64,000 nucleotides of DNA from Elusimicrobiota bacterium (lineage in GTDB: Bacteria; Elusimicrobiota; Elusimicrobia; Elusimicrobiales; UBA9959), in contig JACRER010000017.1 in NCBI GenBank assembly GCA_016234365.1, forward strand, positions 8,052 through 72,051. Reading direction: 5' to 3'. Below the pieces are notes generated by a model. That model was given only the letters and a program-made list of their open reading frames with translations, had not been told where the DNA came from and did no database searches. The position numbers were made by a program, and so were the translations under genes. Positions 37,676 to 47,312 of this stretch are shown piece after piece. The first letter of the stretch is position 1; each line of letters starts with the position of its first letter.

Positions 37676-37696
37676 GGGACGGCTGCGGTCCGGCGG

Positions 37697-37780
37697 GTCG
37701 GGATGGCGGAATTGGCAGACGCGCATGGCTTAGGACCATGTGGGGTAACTCCCGTCGGGGTTCAAGTCCCCGTCCCGGCA
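37697..37780 (+). tRNA. tRNA-Leu (anticodon TAG), class II with a long variable arm.
   Basis: Acceptor GTCGGGA/TCCCGGC; D-loop GAATTGGCAGA; anticodon stem CATGG/CCATG with loop CTTAGGA; variable arm; T-arm CGGGG-TTCAAGT-CCCCG. Confidence 0.92.
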
Positions 37781-37811
37781 TCCCGGTTTTAACTTCTGTG
37801 TGGAGGACTCA

Positions 37812-39077
37812 ATGAACATCACCCTCGGCTTCAACGATAAGATAAAAAAGATCAAGCAGGAAGGCTGCGTACACGTGTACGCCGTGAACGTGGACCAGAA
37901 ATCCCTCGAGGAGGCTTCCCAGGAGGCCCTCGTGCGGCTGCAGAGCGTGGTAAGCCTCCCCGGCTTCCGCGTCGGCAAGGTCCCGCTCGCCATGATCAAG
38001 GCGCAGTTCCCCTCCATGGTCAAGGACGAGGTCCTCGATATCGCGGCGAAGTCCGCGCTGCCGGAGATCCTGAAGGAGTCCAAGCTGAACCCGGTGGTCT
38101 CCCCGCTGCTCAAGAACGTCAGCTACGAGCCCGCCAAGGCCCTTTACTTCGAGATCCAGTTCGAATGCTCCCCCACCCTGGAGCCCAAAGGCTACGAGAA
38201 GATAGCCGCGACCCGCAAGGTGCACAAGATCACCGACGCCGAAGTCGATAAGTACATAACCCAGGTCCGGGAGTATAACGCGTACCTTAAGCCCGCCGAC
38301 GAGAGCGAGGCCGCGACCAAGGACCACTTCGCTATCGTGGACTACGATATGCTGGAGAACGGGGTCCCGGTGGCCGACGCCGCCGTGAAGGGCGAGATAG
38401 TGGACCTTTCCAGCCCGCAGACCGTAGCCGGCCTGGCCGAGGCCGTGACCGGAGCCAAAAAGGGCGAGAGCCGCGAGTTCGACGCCCCGTTCGGCGACAA
38501 GAAGATGCACTTTAAGGTCACGGTCATGGAGCTTAAGCGCAAGGTCGTGCCGGAACTGGACGAGAATTTCCTCAAGGAAGCCGGCGTGAAGACCGTGGAG
38601 GAACTGAAGGGTAACGTCCGCAAGCTCCTGGAGCAGGGCTCCTCGGAGAAGACCGAGAAGGACATGCTCGGCCAGATAGAGGACGCGCTGATAAAGAGCA
38701 ACCCGCTTACGCTGCCCCCCACCCTCGTTAAAGAGGAGGCCCAGGAACTGCTGGAGCTGTTCAAGAAGCGCGCCCCGGTGGAGCAGCACCTGCCGGACGA
38801 GTCGCTGCTGGAGCGCCTCAAGCCCGTGGCCGAACGCAACCTCTCGCTGACCTACATCCTGCACCATATCGCCAAAAAAGAGAAGATAGAGGCGACCGAC
38901 GCCGAGCTGGACGCCGAACTGGAGAAGGTGATGGCCCGGCTGAACACCGAGGAAGAGAAGAAAAAGGGCCGCGAACTTTTCGAGAAGCGCAAGGAATACA
39001 TCCGTGCGTCGATGGTGGAGAGCAAGACCATGACGCTCGTGAAGGACCGTGCCGTTATCAAGGAAGAGCAGAACTAA
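37812..39077 (+). CDS. tig: Trigger factor.
   Basis: Trimmed from GTG 37800 to ATG 37812, with GGAGG 6 nt upstream. Ribosome-binding region LPGFRVGKVP, a central PPIase-like region and a C-terminal helical arm domain. Confidence 0.93.
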   Translation: MNITLGFNDKIKKIKQEGCVHVYAVNVDQKSLEEASQEALVRLQSVVSLPGFRVGKVPLAMIKAQFPSMVKDEVLDIAAKSALPEILKESKLNPVVSPLLKNVSYEPAKALYFEIQFECSPTLEPKGYEKIAATRKVHKITDAEVDKYITQVREYNAYLKPADESEAATKDHFAIVDYDMLENGVPVADAAVKGEIVDLSSPQTVAGLAEAVTGAKKGESREFDAPFGDKKMHFKVTVMELKRKVVPELDENFLKEAGVKTVEELKGNVRKLLEQGSSEKTEKDMLGQIEDALIKSNPLTLPPTLVKEEAQELLELFKKRAPVEQHLPDESLLERLKPVAERNLSLTYILHHIAKKEKIEATDAELDAELEKVMARLNTEEEKKKGRELFEKRKEYIRASMVESKTMTLVKDRAVIKEEQN

Positions 39078-39095
39078 GACTAGCCCGGAGGATAA

Positions 39096-39704
39096 ATGCT
39101 GATACCGACTATCATTGAAACCTGGAAAGGCGCCGGCGCCATGGTGGGTTATGACATCTACTCCCGCCTGCTGCGCGACCGCATTGTTTTCATAACCGAC
39201 CCCGAGGGCGCGGTTTCCACCGCTTCCGCCAATACGGTCATCGCCCAGTTGCTGTACCTCGACGCCGAGGACCCGGAAAAGGAGATCAACCTCTACATCA
39301 ACTCCCCCGGCGGCATGGTGACCGCGGGCCTGGCCGTCTACGACACGATGCAGTTCATCAAGGCCCCCATCTCCACCATCTGCATGGGCATGGCCATGAG
39401 CTTCGGCGCGGTGCTGCTGGCCGCCGGCTCCAAGGGTAAGCGCTACGCGCTGCCCAATTCCCGCATCATGATCCACCAGCCCCTCATCTGGGGCGGCGGC
39501 ATCTCCGGGCAGGCCACCGATATCGAGATCGAGAGCAAGGAAATGCAGGAAAGCAAGACCAGGCTTATCGAGATCATGGCCAAGCATACCGGCAAGTCCG
39601 CAGATAAGGTCCGCGCGGACATGGAGCGCAACTTCTACCTCTCCGCGGCCGAGGCCAAGGAATACGGCATAATCGACGCGGTGCTCGAGCACCGCAAAAA
39701 GTAA
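39096..39704 (+). CDS. clpP: ATP-dependent Clp protease proteolytic subunit.
   Basis: 202 aa. [21 protein letters not shown] (Ser), MIHQP (His). Confidence 0.96.
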   Translation: MLIPTIIETWKGAGAMVGYDIYSRLLRDRIVFITDPEGAVSTASANTVIAQLLYLDAEDPEKEINLYINSPGGMVTAGLAVYDTMQFIKAPISTICMGMAMSFGAVLLAAGSKGKRYALPNSRIMIHQPLIWGGGISGQATDIEIESKEMQESKTRLIEIMAKHTGKSADKVRADMERNFYLSAAEAKEYGIIDAVLEHRKK

Positions 39705-39711
39705 AAAGCCC

Positions 39712-39743
39712 GCCGGGGCCCCCCGCGGGGCCCCGGCCGTTTT
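39712..39743 (+). terminator. All-GC 11-bp hairpin with a short T-tract between clpP and lon (attenuator/terminator).
   Basis: GCCGGGGCCCC (39712-39722) pairs with GGGGCCCCGGC (39727-39737), loop CCGC, followed by CGTTTT. Confidence 0.55.
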
Positions 39744-39775
39744 CAGGGGGGCAGCTTCACATCAGGAACACACGC

Positions 39776-42157
39776 ATGGAAGAAAAGAAAACTCCCGAAC
39801 AGGCCTACCCGGCGGCGCTGCCGGCGATAGCCATCCGCGACGTCGTCATGTTTCCCCACATGGCGCTCCCCCTTTCGGTCGATCGCCCCAAATCCGTGGC
39901 CGCCATCGAGGCGGGACTGGCCGCCGGCCGCCACCTGCTGGCGCTGGCCCAGAAGAAGCCCGCGGTCAACGACCCCGCCCCCGAGGACCTCTACAGCTAC
40001 GGCGTGGTCAGCGTGATCTCCCAGTCCCTTAAAATGCCCGACGGCACGATGCGCGTCTTCCTGGAAGGCCGCCGCCGGGTCCGCGTTAAAAAGCTCGCCC
40101 TGGCCGCCGGCGGGACGTATCTTTACGCCGAGGTTGAGTACCCGGAAGAGCCCGTGGAAAAAACCCCGGAAGTCATAGCGCTGATGCGCCACGCGGTGGA
40201 GATCTTCGAGGCCTACGTCAAACTGGGCACCCGCATCACCCTGGATTCCACCTCCTTCCTGCAGCAGATGGACGACCCGGCCAAGCTGTCCGATACCATC
40301 GCGGCCAATTCCATGTTCGCGCTGCCGGACAAGCAGGACGTGCTGGAAACGGAATCCCCCCGCGAGCGCCTCGAGAAACTTATCCGGTTCTTGGCCAAGG
40401 AAGTCGAGATCCTGGACGTGGAGCAGAAGATCCACGCCCGCGTTAAGACCCAGATCGAGAAGTCCCAGAAAGAGTATTACCTCAACGAGCAGATGAAGGC
40501 CATCCAGAAGGAACTCCACCAGAAGGACGACTTCTCCAAGGAAATAGACGAGCTGAAGAAGCGCGTCAAGGCCGCCAAAATGCCCAAAGAGGCGGAGGCC
40601 GCGGCCGAAAAAGAACTGGCCCGCCTCGCCAAGATGATGCCGTTCTCCCCCGAGACCACCGTCAGCCGCACCTACCTGGACTGGCTGGTCTCGCTGCCGT
40701 GGGCCGTGGAGACCAAGGACGAGATAGACCTGGGCAAAGCCAAGAAGATCCTGGACGAGGACCACTTCGGGCTGAAGCGCCCGAAGGACCGGGTGCTGGA
40801 GTACCTGGCCGTCTGCAAACTCACCGAGAAGCTCAAGGGCCCTATCCTCTGCTTCGTAGGCCCCCCCGGCGTGGGCAAGACCTCCATCGCCCGCTCCATC
40901 GCCCGTTCCATGGGCCGCAATTTCGTGCGGATGTCCCTGGGCGGAGTGCGCGACGAGAGCGAGATCCGCGGCCACCGCCGCACTTACGTGGCCTCCATGC
41001 CCGGCCGCATCATCCAGAGCATGAAGAAGGCGCGTAGCCGCAACCCCGTCTTCCTGATGGACGAGATCGACAAGATGGGCACCGACTGGCGCGGCGATCC
41101 CGCCGCGGCGCTGCTGGAGGTGCTGGACCCGGAGCAGAACAGCGAGTTCAACGACCATTTCCTGGACGTGCCTTTCGACATCTCCAAGGTGATGTTCGTG
41201 GCGACCGCCAACACGCTCTACGGCATCCCCGTCAGCCTGCGCGACCGCATGGAGATCATAGACTTCAGCGGCTACACGCACGACGAGAAGATAGAAATAG
41301 CCAAGAAATTCCTGATCCCCCGGCAGCTTAAGGACCACGGGCTTAAGGAAGGCTCGCTCAAGCTCGACGACAAAGGCATAGACGCCGTCATCCGCGGCTA
41401 TACCCGGGAGGCCGGCGTGCGCAACCTCAACCGCGAGCTGGCCTCGATGTGCCGCCGCGCGGCGCGCCGGATAGTGGAGACCAAAGCCGCTTCCGTGAAG
41501 GTGACCCCGGAGAACCTCGGGGATTTTCTGGGCGTTCCCAAGTTCCTCGACACAAAGGCCTCCTATAACGCGATGGGCATAGCCACCGGGCTCGCCTGGA
41601 CCGAGAACGGCGGCGAAGTGCTGGCCGTGGAGGCCGTAGCCGTGCCCGGCAAAGGTGGGCTGACGCTGACCGGCAAGCTCGGCGACGTTATGAAGGAGTC
41701 CGCGCAGGCCGCGTTCTCCTACGTGCGTTCAAGGGAACTGGCCCCGGCTTCGTACGTGAATTCTCACAATTTCCACGTGCACATCCCGGAGGGCGCCATT
41801 CCCAAGGACGGCCCTTCCGCCGGCGTAACGCTGGCCACCGCGCTGGCCAGCCTCTTCTCCGGCCGCGCCGTTAAGAAGAACCTTTCCATGACCGGCGAGC
41901 TGACACTTACCGGCCGGGTACTGCCCATCGGCGGCCTGAAGGAAAAGGTCATCGCTTCGTTCCGCGATGAGATAAATACCGTGGTGTTCCCGCGGGCCAA
42001 CCTGAAGGAACTCGAGGAGATCCCCTCCGGGATCCGCTCGAAGATGCGCCTGCACCCGGTGGACAGGATGGATGAAGTGCTTGAACTGGCCCTGGAGCCG
42101 GCCGCCGCCCGCGGCAGGAAGTCCGCCGGGGCCAGGAAGACCGTAAAGAGCAGGTGA
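39776..42157 (+). CDS. lon: ATP-dependent protease Lon (LonA).
   Basis: 793 aa. LON N-domain; Walker [10 protein letters not shown]; proteolytic PKDGPSAG (Ser) and downstream Lys. Confidence 0.97.
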   Translation: MEEKKTPEQAYPAALPAIAIRDVVMFPHMALPLSVDRPKSVAAIEAGLAAGRHLLALAQKKPAVNDPAPEDLYSYGVVSVISQSLKMPDGTMRVFLEGRRRVRVKKLALAAGGTYLYAEVEYPEEPVEKTPEVIALMRHAVEIFEAYVKLGTRITLDSTSFLQQMDDPAKLSDTIAANSMFALPDKQDVLETESPRERLEKLIRFLAKEVEILDVEQKIHARVKTQIEKSQKEYYLNEQMKAIQKELHQKDDFSKEIDELKKRVKAAKMPKEAEAAAEKELARLAKMMPFSPETTVSRTYLDWLVSLPWAVETKDEIDLGKAKKILDEDHFGLKRPKDRVLEYLAVCKLTEKLKGPILCFVGPPGVGKTSIARSIARSMGRNFVRMSLGGVRDESEIRGHRRTYVASMPGRIIQSMKKARSRNPVFLMDEIDKMGTDWRGDPAAALLEVLDPEQNSEFNDHFLDVPFDISKVMFVATANTLYGIPVSLRDRMEIIDFSGYTHDEKIEIAKKFLIPRQLKDHGLKEGSLKLDDKGIDAVIRGYTREAGVRNLNRELASMCRRAARRIVETKAASVKVTPENLGDFLGVPKFLDTKASYNAMGIATGLAWTENGGEVLAVEAVAVPGKGGLTLTGKLGDVMKESAQAAFSYVRSRELAPASYVNSHNFHVHIPEGAIPKDGPSAGVTLATALASLFSGRAVKKNLSMTGELTLTGRVLPIGGLKEKVIASFRDEINTVVFPRANLKELEEIPSGIRSKMRLHPVDRMDEVLELALEPAAARGRKSAGARKTVKSR

Positions 42158-42215
42158 GCCGCGCGGCCCCCAGGGCCGCCCCCCGCCCGTCCTTTAACGC
42201 AAAGTGAGGCATACG

Positions 42216-43991
42216 ATGTCCCTCTTATCACTGCGCCTGGCGCTACTCTGCCTTTTCGCCGCCGTCCCCGCGCGCGCCTACGAAGACACCCTTACCACGG
42301 AGGAGATCCAGGGGGCGCTTGAGAACACCAAGCTCAACGAGGTCTTCTCCCAGTATCTCGCCACCATCCAGATGTACGACCCCGAGCGGGCCACCCGCCT
42401 GGGCCTGCACGGCGCGGACGCGTCGCTGACGCCGCGCGCCCCCGACCAGCTGGCCAGGGAGCTGGAGGCCGTAAAGCGCCTTCGCGCCAAGCTCTCCGAG
42501 GTCAAGAAAGACACCATGCACCCGGACCTGAAGGTGGACTACGAAACGCTGGACCACATGCTGGAGGTCGACATCTACGAGATGGAGAACCTCAATGTGC
42601 TGGCCAGGCGCCCGCAGTACTACCTGGAGCCGCTGTTCCTCGTGTACCAGATGATGAGCAAGGACTACGAGGACTACAATACCCGCTCCTCCAACGCCAT
42701 CTCCCGCCTTAAACAGTTCCCCGCCGTGCTGGAACAGGCCGAGCGCAACCTTTCCCATCCCCCGGCGGCCTGGACGCGCCAGGCGATACGCCAGACCAAC
42801 GACGCCCTGAACTATGTCTCCGACTTCGTGCCGGTCTTCCGCGGCTACACGCGCTATGACCCCGTGCTTAAAACCTCGGTGGACGAGACGATGGGCAAGG
42901 TGAAGGCCGCGCTGGCCAGGTACTCGGCTTTCCTGGAGAAGGAGATCCTGCCTTCTTCCGACGGGGACCTGCAAGCCGGCGGCTATGCCTACGGCTTCTA
43001 CCTGGAGCGGCTGCACGGCCTGGACATCACTCCCGGCTCCGCGCTGAGCTACTCCAAGAAGGCTTTCAAGAAGGCGATGAAGGACCTGGACAAAGAGGCC
43101 TACAGCGTGGACAGCATCCTGGCCTCCGAGAAGGGCTGGAAGGGCGTAATGGACAAACTGCCCAAAGAGCATCCGCCCGCCGGCGAAGTCCTTAAGGTCT
43201 TCCAGGACGAGATGGACCGCGCCTACCAGCATTTCGACGAACACAAGGTGGTGGAGTTCCCCCGGCAGCGCCTGCTCATAAAGCGCATGCCCGGTTTCAT
43301 GTCCGCCGTGCTGCCTTACGTCTACTACGCGCCGTCTTTCTCCCTGGACGACACGCGCATCTCCGAACTTTTTGTGCTGCTGCCCCCGGACGCCGCCGCC
43401 GAGGCCGCAAGGGAGAAGGCGCTGGCGTCCGGCTTTAATTACGCGCAGATGGAGCTGCTGACCGCCTATTCCATCATGCCGGGCATGCACCTGCGCGGTT
43501 ACGAGGCCTCCACGAACAGGTCCCGCATCCGCCGCATTTCGCGCCAGCCCGCGGTGGCCAACGGCTGGGCCTGTTACTCCGAGCTGCTGGCCGAGGAGAT
43601 GGGCTTTTATACTTCTTACTGGTCGCGCTTCCTGCGCTGCTACGTCCGCGCGCTGCGCGCCGCCCGCGCCTACGCCGACGCGGCCATGCACACCAAGAAA
43701 TGGACCCCGGAGGAAGCTTCCCGGTTCTTCCAGGAACAGCTTTACCTGCCCAAAGCCGCCGCCGACGCCGAGGTGCTGAAACTTTCCCTGGCCCCTACGG
43801 AAGGTTTCAGCTATATCATCGGGATGGACCGCATCCTTGAGATGCGCCGCTACTACGAGCGCACCGAAGCCAAGTATTTCGACCTGCGCAGGTTCCACAC
43901 GCTGTTCCTGCGCATGGGAGAGATCCCGATAGACCGCATCGCCGACGAGATGCGCCGGCAGAAACGCGAGGAGAAGAAGATAATAAGATGA
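42216..43991 (+). CDS. DUF885-family secreted protein.
   Basis: Trimmed from GTG 42204 to ATG 42216 (MSLLSLRLALLCLFAAVPARA). Overall layout and segments such as DPERATRLGLHG and ...MPGMHLRGYEA resemble DUF885 (PF05960) as I remember it. Confidence 0.6.
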   Translation: MSLLSLRLALLCLFAAVPARAYEDTLTTEEIQGALENTKLNEVFSQYLATIQMYDPERATRLGLHGADASLTPRAPDQLARELEAVKRLRAKLSEVKKDTMHPDLKVDYETLDHMLEVDIYEMENLNVLARRPQYYLEPLFLVYQMMSKDYEDYNTRSSNAISRLKQFPAVLEQAERNLSHPPAAWTRQAIRQTNDALNYVSDFVPVFRGYTRYDPVLKTSVDETMGKVKAALARYSAFLEKEILPSSDGDLQAGGYAYGFYLERLHGLDITPGSALSYSKKAFKKAMKDLDKEAYSVDSILASEKGWKGVMDKLPKEHPPAGEVLKVFQDEMDRAYQHFDEHKVVEFPRQRLLIKRMPGFMSAVLPYVYYAPSFSLDDTRISELFVLLPPDAAAEAAREKALASGFNYAQMELLTAYSIMPGMHLRGYEASTNRSRIRRISRQPAVANGWACYSELLAEEMGFYTSYWSRFLRCYVRALRAARAYADAAMHTKKWTPEEASRFFQEQLYLPKAAADAEVLKLSLAPTEGFSYIIGMDRILEMRRYYERTEAKYFDLRRFHTLFLRMGEIPIDRIADEMRRQKREEKKIIR

Positions 43992-44725
43992 GCGCGCACG
44001 CCGTTTCCTTCGCGAACGTGGAAAAGACCTACCGGCGGCCCGGGCTGCTGGGCTCCGCTTATACCACCGCCGTCAAAGACCTCTCTTTCGAGATCCCCGC
44101 CGGCGAGGTTACCGGCCTGCTGGGGCTTAACGGCGCCGGCAAGACCACCATCATGAAGCTGCTGACCGGCCTGCTGTTCCCTACCGCGGGGAAGGTAAAG
44201 GTTTTCGGCCACGCCCCGTCGGACGCGGCAGCCAAGGCGCGGGTGGGGTTCCTGCCCGAGCTTCCTTATTTTCCCCCGCACTTGCGGCCGGGAGAGGCCC
44301 TGCTTTACTATGGCCGCCTTTCCGGCCTCTCCGGGCCCGAGCTGGACTCGGCCGTCCGCGCCGCCATGGACCGGACCGGCCTTGACCGGTACGCTGACAA
44401 GCGCGCTTCCGAGTTCTCTAAAGGCATGCTCCAGCGGCTCGGCCTGGCGCAGGCCCTGCTTCACGGCCCCGACCTGCTGGTCCTCGACGAGCCTGTGAGC
44501 GGGCTGGACCCGCTGGCCATCCGCGACATACGCGGCCTGCTGGCCGGCCTTAACGCCGAAGGCCGGGCCATCTTCCTTTCTTCCCACAGCATCTCCGAAG
44601 TGGAGAAGCTCTGCTCCAGGGTCCTGATAATGGTGAAAGGCCGCCTTGCGGCCACCGTCAAGCGCTCTCAGTGGGAGGCCGCCCCCGGCGGGCTCGAGAG
44701 CATTTTTGTGGAGGCCGTGTCATGA
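43988..44725 (+). CDS. ABC transporter ATP-binding protein.
   Basis: Walker A GLNGAGKTT, signature FSKGMLQRLG, Walker B LLVLDEP. ATGA overlap with the upstream gene. Confidence 0.93.
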   Translation: MSAHAVSFANVEKTYRRPGLLGSAYTTAVKDLSFEIPAGEVTGLLGLNGAGKTTIMKLLTGLLFPTAGKVKVFGHAPSDAAAKARVGFLPELPYFPPHLRPGEALLYYGRLSGLSGPELDSAVRAAMDRTGLDRYADKRASEFSKGMLQRLGLAQALLHGPDLLVLDEPVSGLDPLAIRDIRGLLAGLNAEGRAIFLSSHSISEVEKLCSRVLIMVKGRLAATVKRSQWEAAPGGLESIFVEAVS

Positions 44726-45483
44726 GGCAGCTGCGCATGTTCAGGGCCGTGGCGTTCTCGGCTTTCCAGGACGGCGTGCGCCAGCGCCTCTTCCTGCTTT
44801 TCGGGGTTTTTGCGTTCACCGCCATCTACTCGTCGGTCCTGGCCGGAGTCATGGCCGTGGACCAGGAGGGCCGGGTGCTGGCCGATTTCGGCCTGGCGCT
44901 GATGGAGTTGACCGCGCTGGTCTACGCCCTCTTTGCGGCCTCGTCGGTGCTTATCAGGGAAGCCGAAACCAAGACCATCTATCTGGTCTTCTCCCGCCCG
45001 GTGCCGCGCTGGGCCTACCTGGGCGGCAAACTGGGCGGGACGCTGATGACGGCCGCCCTGATGCTCCTGGTCATGGCCGCGATGCACCTGACGCTGCTGG
45101 CGGTGCGCGGTTACGGCATCCCCGCGTGCTATGGTTGGGCGCTGGCCGGGTCCTTCCTTAAACTTTCCGTGATAACCTCGCTGGCGTTCTTCGTATCGCT
45201 GTTCTCCACGTCCGCGGTTTCCACGCTGGTCATCTCGGGCATACTCTGGACCGCCGGACATTTCGTTTCCGAGGTCCGGTTCCTGGCCGGCCAGGCCCAC
45301 GGCGCGGCAGCGCTGGCGCTGAAAACCGGCCTGTGGCTGCTCCCCAATCTGCAGCTCTTTAACGCGCGTGACGCCGCGGGCGCGGCCTGCGCGCTGGGGC
45401 CCGCGGCTTTCGGCGCGGCCGCGGCCTGGACGCTGGGCGCTTTTCTCGGAGCGCTCTGGCTGCTTTCCGGGAAGGAATTCTGA
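44722..45483 (+). CDS. ABC-2 type transporter permease.
   Basis: Trimmed to ATG 44722 (ATGA overlap with the ATPase stop). About 6 TM helices; NosY/GldF-like small permease architecture. Confidence 0.8.
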   Translation: MRQLRMFRAVAFSAFQDGVRQRLFLLFGVFAFTAIYSSVLAGVMAVDQEGRVLADFGLALMELTALVYALFAASSVLIREAETKTIYLVFSRPVPRWAYLGGKLGGTLMTAALMLLVMAAMHLTLLAVRGYGIPACYGWALAGSFLKLSVITSLAFFVSLFSTSAVSTLVISGILWTAGHFVSEVRFLAGQAHGAAALALKTGLWLLPNLQLFNARDAAGAACALGPAAFGAAAAWTLGAFLGALWLLSGKEF

Positions 45484-45485
45484 CC

Positions 45486-46220
45486 ATGGGCCGCGCCTTT
45501 CTCGGTCTGGTAGCGGCGCTGGCCTGGTGTGCCGGCAGCCTGGCCGCGGACAGCGCTTACTCCCCCATTTATCCCCCGCCCAGTGATATCCGAGTTCCCG
45601 CCGACGGCGCTGCCGGCGACATGTTCGCCCTGGCGCTGGGCGCCCGGCGCCTGGCCGCGGACGTCTGGTTCGTGCGCCTGCTGCAGTATTACGGCACGGA
45701 AGAGCTGGAGCCGGGCGAGGCGCCGGAGCCGCCGGACGCGCACGGCCATCAGCATCACCGCGGCGAGAACGGCGAAGGCCGCTACCCCGAGTTCCTGGCC
45801 CGGTCCCTGCACATAATGGCGCTGGACCCTCATTTCGCGGCGGCTGGCCTGTACGCCGCCGGATCGCTGGCGTTCAATATGGGGCGCCCGGCCGAGGCGC
45901 AGCGGGTGCTGGACTTCGGGCTGAAGTATTCCCCCCGCGAATGGAAGTATCTCACGCTGCTGGCCGCCATCGGTTATAGCAAGGCCACCGAGCCGATGAA
46001 GATAGCGGACGCGATACGCCCCGTGCTGGCGGACCCGGACTGCCCGGTCATGCTCAAACAGCTTTCCGCCTTCCTTAATAAGAAGGCCGGTAACTACGCG
46101 GCGGCCGCGGCCATCTACGCCGACATCGCCGCCACCTCCCGCGACACGGCCTACGTGCGCCGCGCGCGCAGGGAACTTGAGCTCCTGTCCAAAGAACGCC
46201 ACATCCATGAACATACTTAA
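45486..46220 (+). CDS. Hypothetical exported protein with a His-rich insert and TPR-like helices.
   Basis: Signal-like MGRAFLGLVAALAWCAGSLAA. PDAHGHQHHRGENGEG segment. Helical repeats (GRPAEAQRVLDFGLKYSP, GNYAAAAAIYADIA). Confidence 0.6.
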   Translation: MGRAFLGLVAALAWCAGSLAADSAYSPIYPPPSDIRVPADGAAGDMFALALGARRLAADVWFVRLLQYYGTEELEPGEAPEPPDAHGHQHHRGENGEGRYPEFLARSLHIMALDPHFAAAGLYAAGSLAFNMGRPAEAQRVLDFGLKYSPREWKYLTLLAAIGYSKATEPMKIADAIRPVLADPDCPVMLKQLSAFLNKKAGNYAAAAAIYADIAATSRDTAYVRRARRELELLSKERHIHEHT

Positions 46221-47247
46221 CGTCTGCGACTCCTCCGATTGGGACATTGCCGCCTATCAGGCGCTGAACACGGCCGTGCAGTTCTCGCGCACCGGGCACA
46301 ATGCCGCCGTAATGTGCCCGTCCGGCTCCCGCCTTTACGCCGACTGCCGCAAACTGAAAATGGACGTCAGGCCGCTTACCCTCGGGGCCAAGTTCGGTTT
46401 TTTCATGGCCAGCAGCCGGGACGTGGTCCATTTCTACAATCCCACGTCACTTACCCCCATGTTCCTGAAGAAGGCGCGCGCTTCGTCCAAGGTCTTCGTC
46501 ACGCAGATCAGGCTGGGCGGGCAGAAGCCGTACGAGAAGCTGGCCGCGCTGGACCCGTACGTGGACAACTTCATCGCGGCCTGCGACTCGGTGCGCGAGG
46601 ACCTGCTGCGCGCCGGCGCCGGCCAGCATAAGATCTTCATGGTGCCTCCCGGCATCAACATCGGGCGCTGGGAAAGCGCCATGCTGATAAAGCCCGCGAT
46701 GTTCCAGAAGCGGCCGTACCGCGTAGGGACCGTAAGCATGGACAAGTCCCTTAAGGAACAGGAGCTGTTCCTTATGATGGCCAAGGAAGTGCTGGAGGCG
46801 CTGCCGGATACCAATTTCATGGTGGTGGGCCTCAAGGACGAGCGCATCCGCGAGTTCGCTCGCTCTCTAGGGATAAGCCACAAGGTGGACGTACTGTGGG
46901 AGCGCAACGACATGCCCGAGGTGATGGCGATGATGCATATTTACGCCAAGACCTCCCGCCACGAGGGGATGTCGCTGTCGCTGATAGAGGCCCAGGCCTC
47001 CGGAGTGGCCTGTGTGGTGCCGCGTCTTCGCGGTCTCAGCGATTTTACCGTGCACGATTGCAACGGTCTCATCGTGGAGCCGGATAACGTGGCTTCCTTC
47101 GCGGAAGCCGTGGTGCGGCTTATCAATAACCCCGGAATGGGGCACAGTATGGCCAAGATGGCCTTCGATTACGTGAATAACAACATGTCCATGCCGGTGG
47201 TCTGTAACCTGCTGCTGCGCCTTTACGAGGACTCGCTGCAGAGCTGA
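46207..47247 (+). CDS. Family 4 (GT-B) glycosyltransferase.
   Basis: Trimmed to ATG 46207 (MNILNVCDSSDW). C-terminal TSRHEGMSLSLIEAQASGVACV motif. Confidence 0.82.
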   Translation: MNILNVCDSSDWDIAAYQALNTAVQFSRTGHNAAVMCPSGSRLYADCRKLKMDVRPLTLGAKFGFFMASSRDVVHFYNPTSLTPMFLKKARASSKVFVTQIRLGGQKPYEKLAALDPYVDNFIAACDSVREDLLRAGAGQHKIFMVPPGINIGRWESAMLIKPAMFQKRPYRVGTVSMDKSLKEQELFLMMAKEVLEALPDTNFMVVGLKDERIREFARSLGISHKVDVLWERNDMPEVMAMMHIYAKTSRHEGMSLSLIEAQASGVACVVPRLRGLSDFTVHDCNGLIVEPDNVASFAEAVVRLINNPGMGHSMAKMAFDYVNNNMSMPVVCNLLLRLYEDSLQS

Positions 47248-47262
47248 CCGGGCCGCCGGATG

Positions 47263-47298
47263 AAAAAAGCCCGGAGTCTCTCCGGGCTTTTTCGTTTT
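47263..47298. terminator. Bidirectional intrinsic terminator.
   Basis: AAAAAA-GCCCGGAG-TCT-CTCCGGGC-TTTTTCGTTTTT between convergent genes. Confidence 0.85.
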
Positions 47299-47312
47299 TC
47301 ACGGCGCCGCGG

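Noticed and set aside
37601-37815. Small plus-strand ORFs (63-64 aa) between and across the tRNA genes, and 37730-38113(-).
   Set aside because: They run through tRNA-Leu and/or the start of tig. There is no Shine-Dalgarno sequence and no coding-like composition.
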